Shown here: positions 9,048-21,446 of the stretch, piece by piece
How the letters are laid out: each line of letters starts with the position of its first letter
Position numbering within the stretch: the stretch's first letter is position 1
Assembly: GCA_054661495.1 (NCBI GenBank)
Contig: BAAFSQ010000162.1
Coordinates: 1-22,551, forward strand
Source of the DNA: Zygophlyctis sp. KS116
Lineage: Eukaryota; Fungi; Chytridiomycota
Direction: 5' to 3'
Length of the DNA stretch: 22,551 nucleotides
The notes under the pieces: generated by a model
Told to the model about the DNA's origin: nothing
Seen by the model: only the letters and a program-made list of their open reading frames with translations
Database searches by the model: none
Made by a program: the position numbers and the translations under genes

Positions 9048-10322
9048 TCAAATCAACTGATCGTCAAGTTTAACTACAGTTAAATATAAAAAATACCAGT
9101 AGCTCCGTTTTTTGCCAGATTCATCCGTAAAAGAAGTCTGCTAGATTCTAGCTCCATTTTCTTTGCAAACTGATACGACACTTCTTTCAAATGTATTTTT
9201 TCCTCTGACTGTTTACGGACAGTCTATTTAGTTAGAAGTTTTTTACCTACCTTTTCAATACTGTCAATTTTAGCATTTATAGAATTTGATTCTATTAAGC
9301 CAACCAATTCTTTTTCCATTTCTTGAGTTGAAACTCTAAAGATTGCAGCCATTTTCTTTATATCAGAACACGAAAAAGGTTCCAGAAACTGCAATATCAT
9401 ATTAACTCTTAAAAGCCTTAAAATTTCTTTGAGATGATGAGTAAAATAGTATTTGTAAATCCAGTCATTTTCCATTTGATAAAGCAAACTAATACATTCT
9501 GAATACTTTCCCTCGTAAAAATTCAAAATTATTTCACTAAAAAGAGGATCTAGCTCCAAAAATTGTCGAAATTCATTATTATCCACCAACTTTGCCTTTA
9601 AATCTGACCTATTAAATGTAGCCAATGCTCCTAATGTAGTAAATGTTGCAATATCACGTATTGAAATTATCTAAAAATCACTTAATTTTAGATACCTCTT
9701 TTAAATCTTCAACCATTTGATAATCAACTGTTAAGAAAACGTTTGCAGCCTGTGCATACTTTCCACTTGATATATAAACTATTCCTTGATAACATTTCAA
9801 CTTGTCAATATAGTAAATTTTGTCTGGTATTTCCAGTAGTGATTCTGCCTTTGTAATTTGTAAATTCAATTGTTGCCAAGAACAAGTCATCCAATAAACA
9901 TTTAAAAGTTTCATATAAATTTCCATATTATGATTTGGACTTGTACAATAGTCTTTTGCACGATTAAAAGACTTTACTGCACTTGAATAGTCACCGATTG
10001 AACAATATGTATCTCCCAAATCCATGTAAGCCATTCTAATAGACTCCTTTATATGATTTGATTTGTACAATCTCAACTCTTCTTCCAATTTTTCAATATC
10101 TTGTCTATTTAACTTGTTTGTATTATCCACCCATTCTTGGTCAAGATTTTCTACACTTGTGTAATGATCCAAATACACCGCAACATCTCTCCCTTGCTTT
10201 ATAAATTTAATCGCTGATGTGACCGCCTGAGCCGATAAGCAAGGATGATCTTTAAGAGCCAGCAGTTTAGTAATGCAAAGTTTGCCACTGTTACCTGCAA
10301 CGATTTCGTCCAGTAAATCCAT
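9048..10322 (-). CDS. CSN1: COP9 signalosome subunit 1 (RPN7 and PCI domains); introns 9671-9695, 9224-9250 and probably 9074-9096
   Basis: LEEELRLYKSNHIKESIRMAYMDLGD, RAKDYCT, ATFNRSDLK, FRQFLELDP, INAKIDS. Spliced frames join. Without the last intron the stop is at about 9080. Confidence 0.93.
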
Positions 10323-10343
10323 AGTTCAAGGCTCAGGTGGGAA

Positions 10344-11705
10344 ATGGCTCAAGTTGGAGTGATTGGAATGGGAGATATGGGTAGATTGTATGTAAAGATC
10401 TTTGCTTCAAGGGGATTTAGAATTAATATTTGTGATTTACCAAATAAATATGCAGATCTTGTCCAGGAATTTGAAAATTATGAAAATGTATTTGTTTTTA
10501 AAGATGGATTCGGCGTTTCAAGAATCTCTGATTTTATTATTTATAGCGTCGAAGCAGAATCTATACGGAAAGCAGTCTCTAGCTATGGTCCTGCAACAAA
10601 AGTAGGTGCGATTGTCGGTGGGCAGACTTCAGTAAAAGAGCCAGAAATTTCAGCGTTTGAAGAGTTTTTACCAGAGGATGTGCATATTATCACTTTTCAT
10701 TCCTTGCATGGGCCAAGTGTAAGTCCTAAAGGTCAACCATTGGTAGTCATACGTTATAGATCAACTGATGAGGCATATTCACTAGCATTAGAAATTCTAA
10801 AAAACTTGGAATCTAATATGGTTTTTTTAACTTTTTCTGATCAGTAATAACTATGAATACTAAATATAGTGATAAAATCACGGCAGATACTCAAGCAGTA
10901 ACACATGTTGCCTTTATGAGTATGGGTGCAGCGTGGAAAACGAGATCAACATTTCCTTGGGAAAATAATCGTTATCTTGGAGGGATTGATAATGTTAAAA
11001 TACTCACAACTCTTAGAATTTTCAGTAATAAATGGCATGTTTATGCTGGACTTGCCATCATGAATCCAAGTGCAAGATTGCAAGTTCAGCAGTATGCAAA
11101 GTCAGTTTCAGAATTATTTATGTTGATGATTCAAGAAAAAAGGATAGAGTTTGAAGAGCGGATAAGAAGGGTAATTAGAATATTTAATACTAGGCAGACG
11201 CATTTGTTTTTGGTGATTATGAAGGAAGAGAACCAATCTTACTTTCCGATTCAATATTAGAGCAGTTTTCATTATCAATAATTCCAATTCAAGATAGAAA
11301 GCCGAACTCACATCTTTCTTTGCTGGCAATGGTTGATTGTTGGATGCAACTGGGTATAAGACCTTACCAGCATTTGATTTGTCAAACGCCGCTATTTCGA
11401 TTACTCTTGGGAATTACAGAATATATATTTAGACGCTCAGAGTTCTTAGATCAAGCTATTGATGCAGCAATTAATTGCAAAGAGATAAGAGCGGATGATT
11501 TAGAATTTTACAGAGCATCAATCTCATGGGCGGAATTGATTCATCACAAAAATATGGATGGATACAAGAGAAAATTTGAGGAAATATCAGAATTTTTTGG
11601 TACTCGAATACATGAAGCCAAGTCTGTAATATTTTTAGATCACTAATTTCATAGAAATCTGCGCAACTTGTCGAGCTTATAGCTCATAAAACAAATTATG
11701 ACTGA
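10344..11705 (+). CDS. TYR1: Prephenate dehydrogenase; introns 10844-10869, 11171-11193, 11626-11654
   Basis: GVIGMGDMG Rossmann motif, YSVEAE, GAIVGGQTSVK, HSLHGP, HDKITADTQAVTH, NKWHVYAGLAIMNP, NSHLSLLAMVDCW, ICQTPLFR. Confidence 0.96.
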
Positions 11706-14189
11706 CTTATCAGCGACAAAAGCTCATCAATAATATCTATAATTGAACTGTTTGAGTTATTTTTGCGAGTTTCTTGCAATAGCGCAACGATATCATTCTT
11801 ATACATTGAATCAATAGGATTTGACGATAAAATTATTCCTCCTGCCAAAAGTGCACGCTTCTGAAACTCCAGATCGTCACATACACTCAATATCTATTGT
11901 TACATATTTAAGCATAATTACCTTTATACAATCGAATGCAAGTTCTGGATAAGATTTTTCTTTATTCATCTTCAGTAATATGGCCGCACTATTACAGGGT
12001 TAACTAATTTGCATTACTTCATATATACGGTTGCTATAGCCAATGCTAAATTCTTGTTAGAAACTGGCGCTTGGGTTAAATTCTTTAAAATCGCAAGGAT
12101 CTACTCATTTTATAATTGAAATACTATTTACCTTGTTTACTTTTGCAAGAATTCCTGGCTGAGAACCACTATGAGAAATAATATTTGCTACATATCGCAA
12201 CTTGAACATTAACACGATCTGTTCCATTTTAGACATGCTGCTATTAAAATCAATATCTGAAATAAGATTATCAATAGACATAATAGAGACGGCTACTTTT
12301 TCATTTATTCCTGCAATATCAGACAAAAGATCTAGAGCAGGGAAACGATTTTCTACTGGCCATTCTGTGGCAAGTTTTTTGATAACAGTAATCTGCTTTT
12401 CTGTAAATTCACATTTTCTTTGTTTTAAATTTTCAATTACGGAATCCAAAAGGTTTATTTCCGAAATATCAAGCACATTCTAATTTTTAGAAAAAAATAA
12501 ACAATTGCCTGTGTATTAACAAAACTTTGATTAAAAGTTGTTAATTTATCTTTTATTGCATCCAGATTTCCAGATTTGAATACTGCAAAAGTAGTCTAAA
12601 CATTTAGGATTTTTATCTTACATCTGAAATTGTTAAAACCTGTTTCTTGATAGAGTTGCCTACCGCCGGCATGTATCTTGTCCCCCCTTTCTTTTAGTTT
12701 AAAACTAAAAAACCTGTAAATGGATCCGATAAACTATTTCCATTAGCCTGGCCTAATGAAATCCCCTTTGTATTATTCAGAATAAAATTGGCAATTTGAT
12801 CCAAGTAGTCTTGGGGGAGGTCATATTTGTGAATAAATTCCTGAGCAACATGGTACGGATTTTCTGACATTTTTAAGAATAATATAAACCAAACCTGTCA
12901 CGTTGTATGGAAGCTTAAGAGGATCAGCTCCATCCTCAATATCAATGTCAAACACATAGTCATATTCCTTGCCATTGTAAAGTTGCTTTCTGTCGGAGCC
13001 AATAGTATCCACCACTTTACCAACGTTTGACCATTCTTGATTTGACATACTCCACTATTTAATTAAATTGCAATCTCTACCTGATAAGCCTCCACTCCAT
13101 CTGCTCCTTTCACCAGCTTTACTTGCCCCTCTTTTTCACCAGGCTGAGCCAAAACCTCTCGAGAAGAAATTTTATCCATCCCAATCTGGCTCCTATTTTT
13201 AGATAAACTATATCATACGCAGGAATTGTAGAATTAGCGACAGCCTCCTCAAATTTCTATGAATAAAAAGAATCAAAACTCACCTTTAAGACCAAAGAAT
13301 TTGCAATACGGTCTTTATCCCTGGAAAAAACACGAAGCACAGCGTCACTTCCTCCAATAGCAAAGTCCCCATTTTTTAAACCTTTTACTACCCAGATAGA
13401 ATTACAAGGTATAGCAATTGTTTGCAAACATTCCCCTTGAGTATTCCACACCTTTACAGTCCTATCTTCCCCGGCAGAAATAATTTCTCCAGTTGAAAGG
13501 ATTGATAAAGTATATATAAATGATGAATGACCATGTATAACCTTTAAACATTCACCCGATAGTGCCCATATTCTAAGAGTTCTAAAAAATTAGCATTTCT
13601 CTTTTCCAAAGCATTTCTCTTTGATCAATGCTAGTCAGCAAACTTACGCATCATTCGAACAAGAAACGAATCCAACATCTGGTAATATACCCAAAGATCT
13701 GACAACATCTGTATGCCCAGTAAAAGTAACCAGAAGCTTTCCGTTCATATCCCATAGTTTTATAGTTTTGTCTGCCGAAGCACTCAACAAATATTTTTGA
13801 ACAAACTTTACATCCCAGACTGCAAATGCATGGCCTTTAATAGTAAGAATACATTCAAAGTTTTTCCATAGTTTTATAGTAGAGTCCCAAGATCCAGAGA
13901 GAATTAGATCGTCGCGTGCGTCCAAAGCACAAACGTTATCAGTATGTCCAATCAGAAAGGCAACTTGCTCTCCTCTATCAGAGACTATAATTGTTTTATC
14001 GGCCGAGCCTGATATAACCATCCCAGATGCAGTGAGAGAGTTTACATAACCTTCATGGAAATAACTCTTATTCAGCTGCCAAAATCTAACAGAATTATCT
14101 CTTGCGCATGAAACTATAGATCCCTCGATTTCAGCGATTCCCTTTATATCGCCAGAATGTCCTTCATAGCTCTCAGACAAGTGAAACAT
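11696..14189 (-). CDS. DOA1: WD40-PFU-PUL ubiquitin/Cdc48 cofactor Doa1/Ufd3 (PLAA), multi-exon
   Basis: WD40 repeats (GHTDNVCAL, SGSWDSTIKLW, GHTDVVRSL); PFU domain YNGKEYDYVFDIDIEDGADPLKLPYN; DPFTGGTRY; PUL domain RFPALDLL. An alternative in-frame ATG is at 14210. Confidence 0.95.
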
Positions 14190-14292
14190 TTCAAAGTTTA
14201 GGTTAATCATTTATTTTAACTTAATATTTGTAGTCCGAACCGGTTCAGAACAACCATTCTGCATTGGCTCGGCTGCAGCTTCATTTATCCAT

Positions 14293-17200
14293 CTATTTAC
14301 CTTCATGATCATTATAGCTTAGAACAATCTTTTTCAGTTGTTCTTTTTCTTTGAGATCTGCAGCTCTTGTTAAAAGAGTATTTAATACTAATGTATTTGT
14401 AGTAGGTAATGCAAACTGTTTAGACTATAATATTAGCCAAGGAAAATACCTGCGGTTTATTACCACGCTTTGTCAGTAAAGTAAATGAAACTTCAGATTC
14501 CTTTGATTCAACACACGAACTTTTCATCTTGTATGGGATAGGGGTATCAAAAGGTGTGATTTTTTTATCTACTTTTCGCTGATCAAGACTTTCAGAGACT
14601 AGTTTACTGAATTCTTTGTCAAAATCATGATCCTCTGATACGTTTCCATGATTATGATGAACAATGACAGTTTGATCTTCATTTTCTTCTTCCTCGTGAT
14701 CTTCTTCCTTACTTGATTCCTCATCATACTTATCATCATCACCACTGTGCTCTACTTCAGGCTCGACCAAAGGTTGATCAATCATTGAATTTATCTTTTC
14801 TGCCGCCTCGGCATAGTTTGGGATCATTTTCATTTTTGGTCTTAATTTTTCAAAAGTATCCAAAACTAAAAATTCCACATCAATAGGAGGAGTAGATTTG
14901 GTAAAAATATATAACTATGATGATAAATTCCTTAATTTAGGGCTTACCTGTAAGAAAATCAAAAACTTTTCAAGCTTTTTGGCATTAAATCCACTTTTAA
15001 AATATGTGCCGCAAGTTTCTAACAATGTACAGCATAGCCTAACACGGAAAAAGTCGGATTTGGCGTCTATAGGGCAATATGCATCAGGTAATGGCATAAA
15101 GTTTTCTTTAAAGTTATTCTGGAAAAATTACCATGACCATAAGTTAAAATAAGATACAGTACGTCAAATATGAGCGCCGCATCAATCATTTTAAAATTGT
15201 ACAATTCTCCAAAATATTTTACTAATGCTATTCTCCGTTGGTTTTCCCGAAAATTATTACGTTCCATTCCCAAACGAATGTACTCAACAACGTCATCCAA
15301 TACATTAATTCCAAATCTAGGGTAGATTTTTGCAAGTTCGGTGCAAATGAATGCACTGCAATCCATCTGAGAATATTTCAATTTCCAAACTTTTGAAAAC
15401 CTCTTCGTCATCATGTTCAAGATTTCGTCATTTTTCCAGTCAAACTTTCTCAATGTAACCAGAATTCTATCCACTGTGTCTTTTGATAGATCATGTTGTA
15501 ATAATTTTCTCACAAATAGATCTACAGTGGAACGAATTTTCTTTGGGCGCTCTTCTACACGCTCAGGAGGCCGACACTGAAAAACTGCATTATCAATCAT
15601 TAGTGAGAGTCTGGTGTCAACCAACAGAGCAGCTTTTTTACGCATTGCTGTATCGAGCTAAAATAAAAATTTATAATCTTACAAATGTAGCCATTCTAGA
15701 ATTGGAATTAGAGGAAAGAAACAAAAATCTACCACACGATTCTAAAAAGGAGCAAAGTAATTCAATGCTTGACGGAGAGAAATCATCCAGTAAAGTTTTA
15801 ACATAATGTAAACTATCTACTGTTGAAGCTACTGAGAATTTTGTTAGCTCAGCCATAAAACGAACATTAAACAACTTCTCGTCTAAATTCACCTTCTTTT
15901 TTGTGAAAGAATGAAATTTAGTTTCAAGCTTATATCAGTATTCTATTAACTTACTGATTTAATTACAGTGGCACCAATTTCAGGTATATATGGATTCAAA
16001 CATGCGATAAGACGACCGAAAAATGGTAATAATTCTGCCTTTGATTTCGAATACATCAGAAGCAGACGGATGAGACGTTTTCTTGCACCTTTCGAATTTA
16101 TCCATGCAAAGTCTACAGCTATTTGATCAATGAGGTCTTTATTTAACGATCCTAATAGTCTGCTTTGCAGCTGTTCAAACTGAGATGATACGGGAAGAGA
16201 ATCATCTTCATCTTCGACAAAATCACCATCTTCCATTTCTTTTTCCTGATTCTGCGCCTTATTGATGTTTGCGCTGGGGTCTTCAATATTTAGAGCATCA
16301 GGTGAATTTTCAGATTTAGTATTATCATCAGCGGAAGATTCTTTTTTGATTGAGCAGTTTTGAATTAATACAGGGGCCAAGATACCAATATCTGGTAACT
16401 TTGTATAAAATGCCTTGGTTTCGTCATCATCCCATAATTCATCGTCTGCGTCAATATTCTTAAATTTAATTAAAATAATCTTACATGACTCCTGACCATA
16501 CTGTCAACAATACTCAAAACAGCTTTTGAAGATTGATCATTTGATGATAATGCGGGCAATTCTGGCAATTCTAAACCCAAAATTTCTGAAAATGTTGCTG
16601 CAGCAGAATTTAATTTTTCAAAAGTTTTAACTGCTTTATCCAGTCTTTCTTGTCTATTTTCCGATAGCGAGCCCTTGGAAATTGAATAGTCCTGATTACT
16701 TTTATCAATTGCATTTGCCCTTTCATGCTCCTTGAGCCTTCTAGAACACATTGCATTGTAATATTTAGTCATCAAAACCTTTAAATTATCCTGACTCTCC
16801 TTCTTCATCCATTTTTCAGATGAATCATTTAAAAAAAACTGATGATATGTCTTCAAAAACAAGACTGCAATCGACATATTTATAAATTCCTTGTCAGTTT
16901 TCAACTATTTAGATTAAATATAAAATCCTATTACCAATGTCTCCAACATTTTCATAATCATTTCAGCCTTTTTTTGACTGTCGAATCCCACTAAATACAA
17001 TTCACAAAGAAATCTTGATAATGACTTTAGTTTTCCCAGTCTATTATTTTCTTCTTTTACATCTGCATTCGGATTAAAAGTAGCATTATCAACCAAATTG
17101 TCTAGCTAATTATAAACTTGAATTACCCCATATTGCCTTTAATAGAGTCTGATCAAAATCCTCATATCGCAGATGCAATTCCACACAAAGCCTTGCTCCA

Positions 17201-17469
17201 GCGATTGCATCGGCTGTCTTTGTAAACTTATTGTCGCATAAAGACACAATAATTTCATCTAAATACTTGTCCGCTTTTAATCCGAGAAACTCTTTAAGTA
17301 AGGATTCTACATTTTCAGCAGTTATATTCTTGCACTTTTTTACAAATGCAGAATTCTTCTTTATTGATCCGTCAAGAGATTCTAAGATTAGAGTCAACTA
17401 GCATATACCAACTTTAGCCAAGTCGTTTAAATGGCGCTGACGGTGGAGCCATCGGTCTTGATCACTCAT
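14293..17469 (-). CDS. UPF2: Nonsense-mediated decay factor Upf2 (three MIF4G domains), multi-exon
   Basis: LDGSIKKNSAFVKK, LLPFFGRLIACL, VRFMAELTKF, LESCGRFL, VKYFGELYN, DFFRVRLCCTLLETCG, acidic region, FTLLTKRGNKPQ. First exon 17469-17409. An optional last intron would move the stop to 14211. Confidence 0.95.
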
Positions 17470-17503
17470 TTCTCCTCAACCTCAACCTTAAACTTAAAAT
17501 AAT

Positions 17504-17863
17504 CTATTTGTCTTCTTCAATTCCATAAATCTCTGGATGCTTATTAAAACAGTCCTGCATGGTCCTGAATAGTTCAACACATTCTGATCCCTTGGGTTCT
17601 TCTTTGGAATAGACAAAACATGAGAATGCAGCCTTAAAACTATCTCCACAAGGCGGTTGGGTCATTGGTCCGAGACATGGACAGTCCTATATTTTAGAAA
17701 TTAATATTACCCAATTGATCTCTCCTGTTTCTTCATTGAATGCAGATTGAGGGTCAGATTCAGATTTTTCAGACGGTTGAGATGATTGAGGAGTCTGACT
17801 GGGTTCAAGAGATTGAGAGTCAATAAACACAACTTGATCTTTCAATTGATCTTTTTCAGTCAT
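17504..17863 (-). CDS. MIA40: Mitochondrial intermembrane-space oxidoreductase Mia40/CHCHD4, 111 aa; join(17863..17711,17686..17504); absent from the ORF track
   Basis: [11 protein letters not shown]|[54 protein letters not shown]: CPC motif plus twin CX9C. One 24-nt GT-AG intron. Confidence 0.96.
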
Positions 17864-17882
17864 AAAGTCCTAGGACCAAGTT

Positions 17883-20800
17883 TTAGGTTTTATTAATTTC
17901 TCTTTCAATATAAATAACTAATAATTTCTTTTGAATCTCTGATAATTTATCATCCAGGATATTCCATATATCGTCTCCAATTGCTTTATAAAGTCCAACA
18001 AGAGAATCAATAGCAGATTTACGAATCTCTGGCTCAGATTCATTAAGGCATTTTATAGACAAATCAATCAGTAAACTTGATGAAAAGTTTAGAGATGGGA
18101 CATCCCCCAAGATTTTACCTAAGAAATATAATCCAGAAGTTAGAGGTAAAGGTCGATATTGTAATTGATTACTGAGCGAAATTTTGTTTGATTCGTCCTG
18201 CGACCAGTTTACGCATAGATTAGAAAGTGCGGTAATCAAATTTTGAGGATTTAAGAGACTTATACAAGTTATAAGGCAATTGTTTGCAGTAGCTGAAATC
18301 TAAAAAATAAAAATTATAGAAATACCATGTTAGACTCATGACTTCGGCATTCTAGCAATATTTTCAGTATTTGATATTCATGTCCATCACAGTATGATGT
18401 TTGATGCAAAATTAATTCTTTTAGTAGGAAAAGGAAATTTTCCGTTGCTTCTAGATCCTATATTTTTAAAAATTACTGTTTGGTACCGTGCAGTTTTCTA
18501 TTGCAGCATTAATCAAGTTGAAAAGTTTAATGAACCATTCATTCCAGAATTCTGAATTTGAATCCCCTGGATATTCTCTAGATATGCGGAATATTTGGCG
18601 AACTAGACTTGAATCAGAAAAATCATCCGCTAGGCTGTCTAAAATAATTCCCATTCGCTCAGATCCAGTCCTTGCGGCTTTGGGAGTTTCATCACGAAAC
18701 ACTAGATATTAACGATATAATTTACACTTGATCAGGTTGTAATATTTCCTGTCAAAAATTGGGCCCTGTTCATTAGGATTAGCTCCTAATAATCCAGAAG
18801 GGCGTTGTGGTGTCTTAAAAGAAGGTACTTCAAACTGATTTTGATTTAAATCTTCTAAACATTCACTGTCTGGATCATCTATTATTTCATCTTGATCGTT
18901 ATTTAACTCTTGCAAAGACAATCCAGATAAATCCCTTAAGTCAGTCTCATTCTTTAAAAAGAGCTCCATGCCTCCATTCGAATCCATATTATCAATCATC
19001 TGAAATGTGTTGTCCGCAAAATCACAAGGGAGAGTCTCCTGAATCTATTAGCTAGTGCTGACTTACGTCAAATACATTGCTCTTTTCATCTTCTAAAGTC
19101 ATTGTATGGTCGTGCGAATCTGCCTCTTGATTGTTTGGATGTATTCTATCTCTGACCATTTTGGATATTTCAGCATCAAAAGTTTCTAAGCTACGCAAAA
19201 CTCCAACATTATTGCTTTCATATATAACTAGAATTGAATTTATAATCAATTCCCGGAATTCAACTGTTAACAATTTTGAATGTAATAATTGCATTAATTT
19301 AGACATACAGAATTGTACATTTGCATATTGGGCGAAATATGCATCAGCTCCATCCGGATTTCGATTTTCTAAAAACCACTTAAGAATGCTTTTGTTGACT
19401 GAGATCAACCATCTGATCTTTTTACTGCGATTCTTTCCAATATTAGGAATATTAGTCTTCTTTACTGAAGAAAATACTAATTCCACTATATCAATATCAG
19501 AATGGTTTTCTTTAATAGTCGTTATAAATTCTTGAATAATTTCTTTCCCTTCTTCACTTATATCTTTGTTAAGAAGTTCTAATAAAAGACCAAAAACATC
19601 ATTCAAATGTAATACCTCTATAGAAAGAAGATACGGAATAACTTTTAAATTTATGATAGCTTGAAGAATCGCATTATTATCTGAATCTAAAAAATTCATA
19701 ATCAATGAAGAAATCTTCAAACTTTCATTAAGACTGAAAGGATTTTTGGTCAAGTTGTCTGTATCTGAATAATTCATCAGATCCTCAATCCCCACAACCC
19801 AATGATCTGAATTATTGCTCTCCAAATTAGAAAAATTAAATTTTTGGTTACTTGATGCGACTTTTACGGCGGGAAAACATTTCGGACTGTGCTTAAGAAT
19901 CGCCTTCACGACAGCCGGATCCAAGGAATCTAAATACCTTACAGTAAAAGATGCTTATTTACCTTTTAGCCTTTCCTGGCCAAGTATGTTGATATGTATA
20001 GAAAAGATCGCGATGATGCTCTCGGATGTGCGGCTGTGCATCCGTTAAACCTTTATCCATACTTTTCTCAATCAATGAGAAATGTCCAGATTTTTCAATT
20101 TGTTCCTTTTTAGAAGATTTCAAAATAATTGAAAGAGCTTGAATACAATTTTCTCGCAAATGAACATTTTTATCATCAATTAATGCAAAAAGTTGAGGAA
20201 TGAAACGAGTTCCATGAGAAGTTTTTTCGAGTAAATGCTGAAATACGTGGGAAACTTCAGTAGATATGATTTTCTTAGATTGAGAAGAAGCTTTAACCAA
20301 ACCATTAAAGAGCTGTTCAGCAACAGTATCAATAATTCTTGTTGAAAATGAATTTATAAAGTTGCCCATCACAGATAATCCTGCAAGAGACAAAGAAGTC
20401 CTTAAACTGAGGGCAGATTGTAACATTGCATCCACAAAAAACTTTCCATAATTCTCCATAATTTCTTCGTAATCCAATGAATTTTGATCAAGAAAAGTCT
20501 CTTTAAACCATTTGAGCGCAGCTTCCCTCTTTTGCCAATTCTGTTCCATTTCCTTGCCTTTGAAAATTTCCAAGTTTTGTTGAATTTCCTTCTCCAAATT
20601 CTTAAAAGTAACTTTATGACTCTATTATTGTTAGGAAATAGGCTTACAGACTCTACTTTGTGCTCTAGAAAATGTTCTGAAATTTTAGTTTTAATATTTT
20701 GATCAATCAGTTCCTTTTGAATCAACAAGCATAAATCATTATCTTGATCTAGTTGTGTCAATAAATCTTTTGCGATTTTCCTTATCAACTCCACAGAATC

Positions 20801-21353
20801 ATTCAATAGCCCAACCAGGGTAGGAATCACATCAGGCCAAAAATCCACCAAATGATTGGCATGAAACTTTGAAAGCAATGACAGTGCCTATTTAATTTTA
20901 GGTAAAATATTTACAAATTCCTTCCCCTTTGGATTTTTCCCAGCCAAGAATTTAAAAACGTCGTTTTCAATATCCTTCTTCATCAAAACATACACCTGAG
21001 ACTTTGCATGATTGAAAAGACCAGAGTACCATGCAAATATACAATCAAAAGCAGCCTGACGCATTGGTTCGCGTGTCTCTGCCCCCTTGTCAAAGACTGC
21101 ATTCCCTAGAGAATGAAGAATATTCTGAAACACTGATGCGGAAAGAGGAACACGACCAATAAACTCTAGAAGCAGTATACATGGCTTCAGTTGAGCCATT
21201 TTTAAAATAGACAAGGCATTATCCAACCATTCAGAGTCAATGACAGCATTCAACTAAAATCAATCATTAAAATGTTACCGTGCTTTCGTTACTTGATTGA
21301 ATTGGATCATTGAATGGTTCTAGCATTTCCTGAAGAGTCCCGATTTCATCCAT
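17883..21353 (-). CDS. STU1: CLASP/Stu1-like TOG/HEAT-repeat microtubule-associated protein, multi-exon
   Basis: CLASP_N-like FKGKEMEQNWQKRE...SLRTSLS...KGLTDAQPHIRE; C-terminal CLNESEPEIRKSAIDSLVGLY...QKKLLVIYI. Exons are joined by introns of about 22-29 nt. Confidence 0.82.
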
Positions 21354-21446
21354 TTTCTTTTAATTTTCCTCCGCCGCCAATTTAGATTTTCTACATGACA
21401 ATAGCCGCTGTCGAGTTCTTGGAATTTAGGGCGATGGCTAGTTGAA
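21354..21446. promoter_or_regulatory. Putative 93-bp bidirectional promoter between STU1 and GGC1
   Basis: Divergent ATGs with a locally GC-richer spacer (CCTCCGCCGCCAAT). Confidence 0.5.

Noticed and set aside
12202-20702. Plus-strand ORFs such as 12202-12483, 15483-15806, 19131-19535 and 20484-20702
   Set aside because: Antisense shadows of DOA1, UPF2 and STU1 exons.
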